Source: Leptogorgia sarmentosa
Lineage: Eukaryota
Assembly (NCBI GenBank): GCA_964658305.1
Contig: OZ210885.1
Location: forward strand, 14,446,001-14,510,000
Length of the DNA stretch: 64,000 nucleotides
Direction: 5' to 3'
The notes beneath the pieces are model-generated. The model was not told the origin of the DNA and did no database searches. It saw nothing but the letters and a program-made list of their open reading frames with translations. Of this stretch, positions 39,267-50,897 are shown one piece after another. Numbering within the stretch: the stretch's first letter is position 1; every line of letters begins with the position of its first letter. The position numbers were made by a program, and so were the translations under genes.

Positions 39267-41327
39267 AGCCACAGTATCTTCAATTAATTTACTGAAATCT
39301 GGTTGCATAATTTCAGTATTTTGGGTCTGGCGTGCTGAACAACGAACAGGTCTTTTCTGCATCATGAGTTGAACTCCTTTGTAAGTGTAGTCATCATCAT
39401 CACCTTTAATAGTACACAAATGACTATTATTGTCATGTATTCATTTACCCACCATTCTATCAGGACATATATTTGATGTACAAAGGTCAAAAACGATAGA
39501 CAAAAATTTAAATGGCACATAAAGAATGAAAAATATAGCCATCACCTGAAAGAAGATTGTTTATGCTTTGTGTGTACTTTCCAGGTTTTATCTTAAGCTT
39601 CAATAGTTTGCTTGTTGTTGATTCAATCATCTGCTTGACACGAGTTATGAAAATATCTTCAAATTGAAAATTCTTGCTGCATTCAGATAGAATTGTGCTG
39701 TAGTCAATCATGAAATTAAGGAATCTGACAAATCTCACTGTTTTTATCTCTAGCAACAGGCCTTTTGCCTTTGCTGCATCATCTTCTTTCACATCTGGTG
39801 ATTCTCCACTTCCAAGGTTTTCTAAATGCATGACAACTGCAGCATAATTTTGCTCCATTGCTTTTAAGCTTCTAAGGCGACTGGGCAACCACCTTGTAGA
39901 ATTTAGTTTGCTGAACTGAACCACCTACAAATTCAAAAAGCCATAAGAATTAAGAACATAATTCTCCATTGCCTACAATTAACAATTGTATTATTTTAAA
40001 AAATACTGTTACATTTATAAGTTATGCAATTGTAATTTATATCATGAAGAATTAACAGTAGATCAGTAATCCAGACCTTTTCTTCCACAATTTCTCCTAT
40101 TTCCTTTAGCTCTCTCTTTTTTTTAGGTGAACGACGATACAATTTAAAAACTGCCTTTACTGTGTCATCAAATTCCTTTAGGTATGGAACTTCCTTGACT
40201 GCATCAAGGACAGCCAATTCAAGCTTATGTGCCACACAATGCAAGATAACAATGTGTGGGACACGGCGGTTTAGTTTACCAGCAACTCCATTTATTTCTC
40301 CCATCATCACACTAGCTCCATCAAAGTTTGCACACACAACTTTGCTGAGCCATAGTTCCTGTGTTATACCAACTTCTTCAACAGCTCCATCAATGGCATT
40401 AAGTATACCAGTTGCATGTGCATGCTTTACATGCACAATTCTGACCATTTTTGTCTGAGGCTTTCCGTTGGACAAAAATCTGACGTAGACAACTTCTTGT
40501 TCAATAATACTCTTGTCTGTGCTTCCATCTGAAAGCACAGAAAGAAATCTGCTATTTCCAATTTGACTTGTCATATCTTCTCTGTGAACATGAGCCATAG
40601 CTTCAATAAAATTACGGCACGCATGATCATTCATATATGTATTACTCAAATCAACACTATTGGCAATTTGTAGTTTACACAAACCTGGAAATTTTGCAAG
40701 TGCAATTTCCTCTTTTGCAACATAGTAAGCAGTACGAAACAATTTTCTCAGTACCTCAAATTTTTCTTTGTTCATTTTAGCGACAGTCTGTGCCATCGGT
40801 GTGGTTTTTGGTGCTTCCTTAGCCCTCCTTGCAAGCTGACACTTAGCATGGGCCTTCGAATTTGCATGGGTTTTAATAGAACTCTTCCGAAATGTGCTTG
40901 TTCCCACGCAAAACAGACTTAATTTATCAGCATGGTCAGGAAAATCCGTGCAAAGACGACAAATCATAATATTTTTATCTTTATCATAATGAAGCCACGT
41001 GAATTCTTTCGTCCACGTATGCACAAACAGCCGTTTTCTCTTTTTATTTTCGTAGTGTTGCTCACTTGTGGATGTTTCTGCTTGAGTATCTTGATTGCAT
41101 TGCGAATGCGATCTCTTTCCCGAGTTAATCCCTTCTTCACTTTCTTTGTTTGCTAATCCCGATTCTAAGTTGAAGTACTTGAATAAACTCATTCCTATTG
41201 GTTTGTTTTTGCTTTAAACATGGTAATTAATATGAATACGATGCTATTAATGTGCGGCCATGTTTTAATCACGCGTGTCGCGGGATATTCGCGTGATTTG
41301 TAAAACAATTGTGGCACCATTGTCTGG

Positions 41328-41411
41328 TAGTCTCCCTCGCAGCCGCTCTTCGTGTCGTCGCTCTGTCTGGAGGCGGAGCGACAACACAAAGAGCGGCTGC
41401 GAGGGAGACTA
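41328..41411. mobile_element. 84-bp palindromic MITE
   Basis: TAGTCTCCCTCGCAGCCGCTCTT / AAGAGCGGCTGCGAGGGAGACTA flanked by duplicated CATTGTCTGG. Confidence 0.85.
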
Positions 41412-41615
41412 CATTGTCTGGTTGCCCGACGGGATACAGTTCTTGAATTTTTAGCTGCCTGACAAAAATTTTGCCTGCCCCGGGACGTTGGGCAGGTGAT
41501 TTTGCGAGCCCTGTATTTGTGTTTGTTTATTAGCGTAGCCGCCTTTGATCTGAAACAATAACATCGAGAGCTGTTTTTCCCACCCTAAGTCCGATTTTCC
41601 CTTCCCTTAACAAAA

Positions 41616-44600
41616 ATGGCGGAGGACGACCAAGCTATTGTTATGTCGACTTGTAGCTCTTGCTTGTTAAAATTGCGAGAATTTGGAGGTTGTGGAGAAT
41701 TTCGAGGTAAAGCTGAACTTGTGTCACTAGACAAATGCAACAGTGATATAAGCAGCCATTTGCATCGTTGTCATTTGAGCCGCGAAGCCATTTCAGAGGG
41801 AGATATTGTATTAGCGAGGTTAGGGTTGTTTTGTGTGCCCGAGGCGCAGAAGAGGGATATGTTTATTTGCTCGAAGCACCGTGCACAGCTTGGCCAATAC
41901 TGGTCAAAGCCAAACGCCTGCAAGTACCCTGGACACAAGGGAGAACACAAGGCAGCCAAAACGGATCGCGCATTCACTCTTGCGATCGTGCAAGACGTTT
42001 GGAAAGTGTTTGGCGTTTTAGTTCCCGTAGGAGCACGTAAGTTCCACTGAATTGCGTAAGTACCACGTGCAGTGGCGTAACAGAGGGGTGTCAGGGTGTC
42101 CAGTGACAGAGGGCCCCCGAAATTTAGGGGCTCCCGACAAAATGAACGTAAAAAATTGATAGCACATTTCTGGAGAATTCAAGTACGAAAAACAGACAGA
42201 TAGGCAGGTGCCGGTGGAGTTGTCTACCAATTGGGACTTATGGTGTATGCTTTACCTGTTCTTTGGAAGAGAGAAGCGAAATTCATTAAATTCAAATTCG
42301 GGTTCGAGTCTATTCTGTAACAAAGTGAGGTTTGCCGTTGTGTAGACGTAAGTCGTAAATTCAGCCTATTAATTAGTGGAGCAAAGGGGGCCCCAAAGTG
42401 GTCTACTGTCGGAGGGCCCCCAGAGGTTGCGCTACGCCACTGACCACATGCAATTATTCGTTCCTGTAAGCGCAGGCCTTATGAATACGTTGCTTTCTTT
42501 CAGCAATTTGTAATAGCTGTCGGAAGGAACACAGTGAAAATGTGAAAAGCAATTGGGAGTGGGTCCATAAACACGCAACTGCAAGCTCACATGATCCTGA
42601 AACTGGGGCGCCACTGACTAGGTACCTTATATGTAGTTAGTAGAGTATATTTAACAATTATATTGGATGAGGTTTTTGTGATGTGCGGAATTATCAAGGT
42701 GGAGGTAAGCAGATAACGCTTACCGAGACCTTGATAATTTTGCATATCACAAAAACCGAATTCAATAATTATTTTATTATACATTTGAAGAATAATAAAC
42801 AAAGTATTAACGCATGAAAAACTCTATTTATTAAAACGTAGGCATTTGTTTGTCACCAGAGGGTCATTTTGCAGATCACTATTTCCTGTGGGTTGCGTGA
42901 TTGCGCGATTTAACTGTAAGCTCTTAGCCAATCGGATTGCCTTTACAATGTATAATAATTAGAGATATCTGATTGTTTTCGCAAATTGCACACGAAAGGA
43001 ACACAATAAAGTTGAGAAGCAAAAATTCAAGAAAAATAGCAGGAACTTTTACCAGAAAATATTTCGCATAAACTAACAAACTGATCCGTAAAACTATCGA
43101 GCATAAAAAACTGCTTTCTCCCCCCCTCCACCCCGTTATGAGAGTTAACAAGCTTTTGCGGGGAAAGAAATTGCTTACCTGCGTAGACGTCTTCTTGTAT
43201 GAGGGGAATTTGGGCCTGCAAGAGTTCCTGTACCATATTTGAGTACACACTCCTAAGTAGACATTCACCATAATTGACCAAGGATGTCAGTGGAGAACCC
43301 GATCTGCAGCAGGACTAAATTTTCAGGCTAACTTTTCATGCAGTTTGGGGAAATCAGAGCGCTTTCACCGACTGTATATTGTAGAATTAAAATTCTTAAG
43401 TTACAGAAAGTTTTTTTCTTCTCTCCACGTGTAGGGTCAGTAAAGAAAGAGCCCTTGCGGATTTACGCGACATGCAACCAGACACTCCGTCAATTTTATT
43501 GCAACCATCAGGAAGTGACAAACCTTGGACCCCAGGGCAGTGGCGCAAATCCGCCGAGTCTTCAGACGAGAGCTCAGAAGAGCTATGTACTCAAACCCTA
43601 CTTCCAAATCAGGTATTCACTAAATACAACGCAGCAATGGAGACGATTGCCAATATATCGGACAGCAAGGTGGAGCCTCTGACATTCAGATTAAAGGCTG
43701 AGTGGAACAAGGCGACACAGAGTGAACAACGATTGTGTGTGGAAAAAGTGGATGAAGCCTGCCGCGCCGTATGTCAAGTGATTGCCCCTGGCGCAAGTGA
43801 GCAGCTTTTAATGGCGTACGTAAAAAGTGCATCTACATCTAGATCCCAGCCGGAGGTTCTGGTATCTACCTACAAACAAGCGCCAACTAAAACCTTGAAA
43901 ACCCAGATCCGAAGTATATATGCATCGAGGTTTACTGTTACTGAACTCAAGGAAATGCATGCTCCTTTTGAAAAGCTCAGCAATCGGCAAATAAAGAAAG
44001 CGCGATCCCACGCTAAAATAGTTGGAGCAGGATTCCTTGTCGAGAAAGTTCCCTACCACAGAGTACGCATTGACTCCACAAAGCTAGAGCACTTTTTGGC
44101 TTTTGTAGACCAGCCATACTTTTACCAGGATGTCTCGTTCGGCACGAGAAAAGTTAGCCTCAACTCCGGTCAGCAAATGATCATGCCTAATGTGGTGAGG
44201 ACTGTTTGCCGTTCAACCATGATTAAACAATACCAACAACGATGCAGTGAAGAGGAGTTTCAGCCTCTAAGTCAAGCGACCCTGTACCGAATCCTGAAGG
44301 TAAGAGAAGCGTTGCAGCGTACATCTCTGCAAGGCCTTGACGATACTGCAGCGAGCGGTGCAGAGGGGTTTGAAACCCTAGCTAACATAGTTGATGAGCT
44401 AGAGCGTTGTGGTGCATCCCATGAGTGGTGTGAGAGATCGCGCAATCATTTACGATATTTGAAGACCAGTTACAGAGCTCATTGCCGAGATGACTGTGAT
44501 GACCAATGCGCCGATCACTGTAGAAGCCACGCCCTAAGTGATTCAGAAAGCAAAGAGTTTCACACTCTTTGCACTCACGAGCACACCCAGTGCGACAAGT

Positions 44601-46760
44601 GTGAACTACTGAGCAGCACGCTCGGTGATATCCTGGCGAAAATTTGGGAGTCTTGCGAGGTTCAGTTTTACAGTCAAGACCAGCTGGAAGATACTTTCTA
44701 CGATGCTAATCATGCCAAGGAGATGGTGCTCCAATGGAAGTCGCACATCTTGAGGGCGGAAAACCAAGATCGTGGTAAAACATCAGCAGTCAACTTCCTT
44801 CAGGAAGACACGGTGTTCATAATGATGGATTGGGCCATGAAGTTTACGCAAATGAAGTACCGGGAGAAACAGTCCGAATGGTTTCGCAAGCGAGGGATCA
44901 ACTGGCACGTCAGCTGTGTCTTGTCGAAACCAACTGACAGCGCCAGCAAGCTGGAGGTGAAGTCATACGTTCATCTCTTTAACAGCTGTGCACAGGAGAG
45001 TCCTACAGTCTATGGTATCATCATACATCTTCTCAAGGAAATAAAGGCTACGAACCCACACATCACTAAGGCATTCCTGCGTTCAGATGGGGCTGGGTGC
45101 TACCATAGCAACAATCTCATCGCTTCCTTGGAACAATGTTTCTCTATTACTGGAATCAAAGTGATGAGGTATGTATAAAGCCTACAGGAGTGCGGTTGAA
45201 ATAAATAAGGAAGGAATTAATTTAATTAATCACATATAGGGCAAAATTACTAGAACCTGATTGGCTAATGAGGAAGGCATGTTTTCTTAATTCAGAGGGC
45301 AAAATTACTTGGCCCTGATTGGCTAAATAATTGCTTCCATTTCTATTTCAGGCTCCCATAAACCATCAACTTATCGACTTGAATTAAAATAATCATGCAT
45401 TGTGTTATTCATAACGTTGTTTAACTAATTGCTTAACAAAATTAATGGGTCATCATTTCATTGAATAAACGAATAAATAAAATGAATTGAGTAAAGTCAA
45501 GTCCTGAATTATGAATCTGAAAATAAGCTCTTTTTTAAAAGGTACGACTTTTCCGAACCGCAATTTGGAAAAGACATGTGTGACCGGATAATCAGTCCCC
45601 TGAAAGGCGTGATAAGGCGGTACTGTAACGAAGGCCACAATGTTCTGACTGCAGCTGACATGTTTGCGGCACTCAAGGAGCGACCAGTAAAGGGTTGTAC
45701 AGCCGCTGTATGCGAAGTTGATCCTGCTGTAAAAGAGATAAAAGTCAACAAGATTCCAAACTTTAGCACCTTCCACAACTTTTCTTATGAAAAGGATGGG
45801 CTGCGAATGTGGAAGGCCTTCGAAATTGGGTCTGGCCAGCTATTGTCCTGGAGTACACTGCATGTACAAGTTCTGGCTGGCAGCATCTCTTCCAAGCCTG
45901 TCAGCAAGGACCTGTGTTTCTGGGAAGTGCAGCCTCGCGTTGTCCAACTACAGGAGAAGGAAGCGGATCCAGAAGAGGCTCTGTTCGAGTGTAATGAGGT
46001 CGGCTGTTCACAGTCGTTTGACTCTTATGATGCCTTCCTGGATCATGTAAATTTTGGCTATCATACCCCGGTAAGCATAAGCCAAGAGAGCACGTATGAC
46101 AAGCTTTGTCGTGAGTGGGTGTTGAAATTTTCCAGTATGACCGTTAACCAGGAAGCCCCCCATCAGCCCTCCGCGTTAAGTGCTGTGACGATTGCATCGG
46201 AACCGCTCAAAACCGGATGGGCATTGCAGAAACCCAGAAATAGTGGGATCCGATTTTCTGAACGTGTCAAACAGTATCTCCAATCCAGTTTTGATCTCGG
46301 CGTGCAGACAGGCAGGAAGGCAGATCCAGCCCAGGTGTCAGCGGACATGAGGAATGTCAAGACTGCAGAAGGGCAGCGGGCATTTTCACGAGAGGAGTGG
46401 CTCACGAAGGTCCAGATTAAAGGGTTTTTTTCTCCCTTAGCCGCTGCGCAGAGAAAGAGAACGACGGGCAAGAGTTCTGCGGAGGAAAATCCTGCAGACG
46501 AACAGGAGTTGCTTCAAGAAGAGCTGGCGAGACTGGAGGAGAAAGATAGGGAGGAAGAAATACATGAAGTTCTCACCCAAATAGCATTGGAGCATCCCAT
46601 TCAATATCAAGATCGTGACATTTGCAGTCTGTCCAAGGCAGGAGCGTTGGTACAATTTACAGTAAAAGAACTTAGAGCCATATGTGATTACTTTGAGCTG
46701 CCGCGCAAATCGGGAGAGAAAAAATCAGTCAGTAATATGGTGAAGGAATGCGACTGTTGA
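41616..46760 (+). pseudogene. Multi-exon Sola3 transposase (about 41616-42036, 43435-45168, 45542-46760)
   Basis: MDWAMKF...WFRKRGINWH, RSDGAGCYH, GKDMCDR; same layout as the 20462-29280 gene. Long open exons; integrity not established. Confidence 0.82.
42070..42442. mobile_element. hAT-type MITE
   Basis: TIR CAGTGGCGTA / TACGCCACTG; 8-bp TSD ACCACGTG / ACCACATG. Confidence 0.82.
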
Positions 46761-47583
46761 ACATGAGTGCATAGACAAATATTTCACGAAATTCATATTG
46801 ACAAAATCGTAATTACATTCATAAAACAAATTTCAGTGGGCTCGACACAGTTCGCCAATCACCAGACTTACTAAAACTGAAGAACGTTCCTATTATATTC
46901 ATTAAGTTTTGTATCCAACAGGGAGTTTGTATTATCATTCAGAGTAGCAGCAGAGGTCTGTAAATACGGTAATTATTTCTGTCTTTTCCTGTCTAGCGGT
47001 GTGCTGAATGACTGTGCGGGGTTTCCTCTGCAGATCAGGTCTATAACAAGCTAAAATTCGGTTCTGTCGCAATATTAATTCTGAAGCTTTTTTACTGAAA
47101 CTAGCGTAGAACATTCATGAGTCTCTGTGAAATAGGTAAATTTAAGGAATAATTCTAGCAATAATTCGAACCGAGACCAGTTATCTGGCGAGCAATTGAT
47201 GATTTTTAGTGCCATAGTGCGTATTACAAAGTGATTCACTTATGTAAACAGAGCGCCTATATTGCCAAATTAACTTCATCGCGGCTTCGCGCAGCGACGC
47301 GCACAGCCACATACCCGAAAGTCTGACTTTAAAACCTTGGGGATGAAGTTATTATCTACATAAGGATGTAATTTTTTACTTTAATTTCGGTCGAACAAAC
47401 GCGAATTTTACTCCCAAACTTTGCTATAATTTAGACCAATTCTGCAACGTGCTCAGAGGGGTGATTTTCAAAGCTGCCACCTTATCAAATAAGCAATCAA
47501 TGAATTTGACATTTCTATGTTTTTATAACTAAAGACGAATAAAACAATTGGCGAATAAAACGTTTTGCTAGCTTGTCTAATTT

Positions 47584-50500
47584 CTGCAACTACGACCAAA
47601 CTTTATGGCCTCGTGGGTTTTCATCGAACGAAGACTGCCGTCTTTAAGGTCTCAAAACACGGCCACACTTCACTTTTAATCCCAGGACACGACCCTCTAC
47701 TTGACATCACCAGATTCATGGATATATCTATCAACCCTGGCCCTGAGGAAGGACAATCTGGAGCGAATCGTTTACAACAGAAATACAGTGAGAGTAACTT
47801 ACATCCAGCCCACACCAGGCCAACATCGGTATACTCGCGCGATGCTCTCCTCAACATTCGCCGTGAATCTACATGCAAACTGCATAAATCTATGCTCGGC
47901 GTCCTGAAATCAAACAGTCTACTAAGGTTTAGAGGAAAACGTGCTGGCCAACATAGATTGAATAAACAAAAAAATCATTTAATTCCTACTAGAATCTCTT
48001 CACGCTCCACTAAAGTCATAAGAACCAGAACTGCAAATCTGCATAATCTCAAGTCGTTGTGCCCAATTGAGCGTAAAAACACCAACAAACGAAATCAGCT
48101 CAATGGAGATGTCAGTTTCGCCGGGCTTGAAGTAATACATCTAAACATACGATCACTCAAAAATCGTGCCCACTTATCGGAGCTCCGGTATTTTGCTTCA
48201 GAAAGAAAATGCGACATTATTACAATTTCTGAAAGCTGGCTAAATACCACTACTAAATCTACGGAATTATCAATTGAGGGTTACAAATTGTATAGACTAG
48301 ACCGACTACACAAAAGGGGCGGAGGAGTGTGTGCCTACGTACGAAAAGAACTCAAAGCAACCGTACTAAAGGAACTCTCGTATATATCTGAACATAATTT
48401 CCACCAACTCTGGCTAAGTGTTCAATACAAGAAACTGAAATCGTTAGTGATTTGTATTACGTATCGCCCTGATGACGCCCCCCTGAGTTCATTTGAAGAG
48501 GTCCTCAAGCCAAATTACATCCAAGCGTCACTACTCAACAAGCCTATCCTGATTTTAGGCGATCTGAATTGCGACTGCCTCAAGGAAAATTGCTCTGAAT
48601 TTAGATCACTAGAGAAATTTTACACCGAAATGAACTTGAGTCAGCTCATCACAAAACCAACCAGGATTACGGAAAATACTGAGTCTCTACTTGATGTCAT
48701 TTTAACCTCACAAACCCTACGAGTCCGCGACAGTGGGGTTATACACTGGCCTATCAGCGACCACTTGATTGTATTTGTGAAATTTAAAATCAAATTGCCG
48801 AAACATGTTCCCCAAGTAGCGAATATCCGTAGTTTCAAGAACTATAATCCTAGTCAGTTCGTGATGGATTTAGCTAACAAAGCCGAAAGCTTGCTATCGA
48901 TTTTTAGTGCAAAAGATGTCAACACCAAGCTTGCAATATTTGATAGCACTCTTCAGTCTGTTCTGAGAACCCACGTGCCCATTAAAACCATCAAGATCCG
49001 CAGTAGACCTTGTCCCTTTGTCAATCAGGAAATTAAGGATCTAATGAAATCCAGAGATGATCTACTGAAACGATACCACCAAACACGTGACGCAGATGAC
49101 TGGGCTAGATTCAAAGAATCACGCAACATGGTGAAGAAAGCGTTTTTAGAAGCGGAAAGAAGTCACACTTATGACGAAGTGAAATTGCATAAAGACAACC
49201 CAAGTTCCCTCTGGAAGATCATTAATCGGGCTCTCCCCACCAAGGACAAAGAAAGGCAAATCTATTCCAAAGATCTAAAATCAGTTGCAAACGACTTCAA
49301 TCAATTCTTTGTAACTGTTGGCAGAAATGCATCAGAAGACTCCTTGCATCTGGCCCAAGAGAATAACATATTTATTCCCGAAGAGACTGACACTGTCCCC
49401 CTATCTGGCGGTGAGCTTTTTAATCTCAGACCCGTGTCATGTGAGGAAGTTCGCCGAGTTGTAATGTCTCTGCCACTTAACAAGGCACCTGGCCCCGATA
49501 AAGTCAACGCACGTATAATCAGAGACTGCCTCCCAGTCATTCTAGGCCCTCTGACTGAGATAATAAATTGCTCAATTCTCAACAGTTCATTCCCTGATAA
49601 GTGGAAAGAAGCCGAAGCTATACCCATTCTAAAAGATGGAGACCACGAGTTAGCGTCCAACAATAGACCTATATCACTATTAGCTATCGCTTCGAAGATA
49701 TGCGAGAAAATAGTTCTTAGCCAATTCTCCACCTACCTTTTTGATAACAAAAGGTTAACATCTCACCAAAGCGGTAACAAAAAGGCTCATTCAACTGAGA
49801 CTTTGAACATATTTCTTACTGACCGTATTCTAGAAGCTATGGACAAAAAGAAGCTCACGGCTCTCGTCTTATTAGATCTATCGAAAGCCTTTGATAGCAT
49901 TGAACATCAAAAGTTGCTCCTCAAACTCTCCAAAGTTGGTGCCTCGCCCTCCACAACCGAGTGGTTCAAAAGCTACCTAACAGAACGGTCTCAGTCTGTC
50001 CGAATCGGCTCCACCCTTTCGGACCCACTTCCAATAACACATGGAGTTCCCCAAGGAGCAATACTGTCGCCATTACTGTTCTGTATTTACCTGAATGATT
50101 TGCCATCAGCCCCTAAATTATGCAACTTGGAATCTTATGTGGACGATTCGAAAGTTTTCCTCTCATTTCCAGTATCAGATACTAGCTCGGCGATTGAGAA
50201 ACTTGAACAGGACTTATACAACGTGGCCCAGTGGTGCTGTGCTAACAATCTCCTAATAAACCCCAGCAAGTCCAAGCTGCTCTTTATTGGTACACGACAG
50301 CTTTTGGCTAGATTGCCAGAATTGCCCCAAGTGTCCTTTCTCGGTTCAACGCTTCATCCAGCTACCTCGGCCGAGGACCTAGGAGTCATCCTAGATTCTA
50401 ACTTGTCATACGATCAACACATCACCCATGTTATATCTTCCTGTTTTTCCAAACTCAGTCAGATAAATCGAGTAAAAGACAGCTTTGAGGAGGACACACT

Positions 50501-50897
50501 TAAACTAATTATAACATCGTTAGTATTTAGCAAAATGCTATATTGCTCCACTGTTTGGTCGAACACTTCAGCAGGAAATATTAATAAGTTACAATCCATA
50601 CAAAATTTTGCAAGTAAGATAGTCACTAATTCCAAGAAGTATGACCGTGTAACACCTTTGTTACGCCAACTTAACTGGGTGCCAGTAAAACAAATGCTAT
50701 ATGTAAAAGACGCAGTATTGACCTATAAATGCGTCAATGGCCTTGTCCCGTTATACCTTAGTGAAAAGCTAACTAAACGATCAAACATTCATTCACGTTA
50801 TACGCGTAACCATGATTCTCTAAATATCCCAATGTTTAGAACTGCCAGACCAGTAACAGACCAGTTGTGGTCTGATGAGACCACCCTATCAAAATAA
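47584..50897 (+). CDS. LINE (CR1/L2-like) ORF with APE endonuclease and RT, truncated at both ends
   Basis: Open frame of about 1100 aa: DISINPGP, HLNIRSL, LGDLNC, SDHLIV, KAPGPD, DLSKAFD, GVPQG, YVDD. Confidence 0.92.

Larger units (their letters stand above)
36425..41513 (-). mobile_element. hAT transposon 2 (ZNF862-like transposase), 3' end lost
   Basis: 5' terminus CAGGGCTCGC at 41513; exons from 41192 to 36425 with SDGSTD, FDGASVM, HCVAHKLEL, TRWLPS, STASCERGFS. Frame restored across the foldback (IEDTVAYLDKRF). Confidence 0.85.
35903..47583 (+). mobile_element. Sola3 DNA transposon 2, right TIR truncated
   Basis: Starts after TTAA (35899-35902); 36133-36424 is the reverse complement of about 47292-47583; Sola3 transposase inside. 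Left boundary inferred. Confidence 0.8.

Noticed and set aside
42650..42960. Imperfect hairpin repeat in the Sola3 intron
   Set aside because: Probably a non-autonomous repeat, but boundaries and TSD could not be defined.
47565..47583. Annotated start of the 1110-aa ORF
   Set aside because: The TTG start lies within the Sola3 TIR, a chance in-frame fusion; the true LINE start is missing.
50866..50885. CTGATGAG inside the hairpin GTGGTC...GACCAC as a hammerhead ribozyme
   Set aside because: No correctly placed GAAA or three-stem arrangement.
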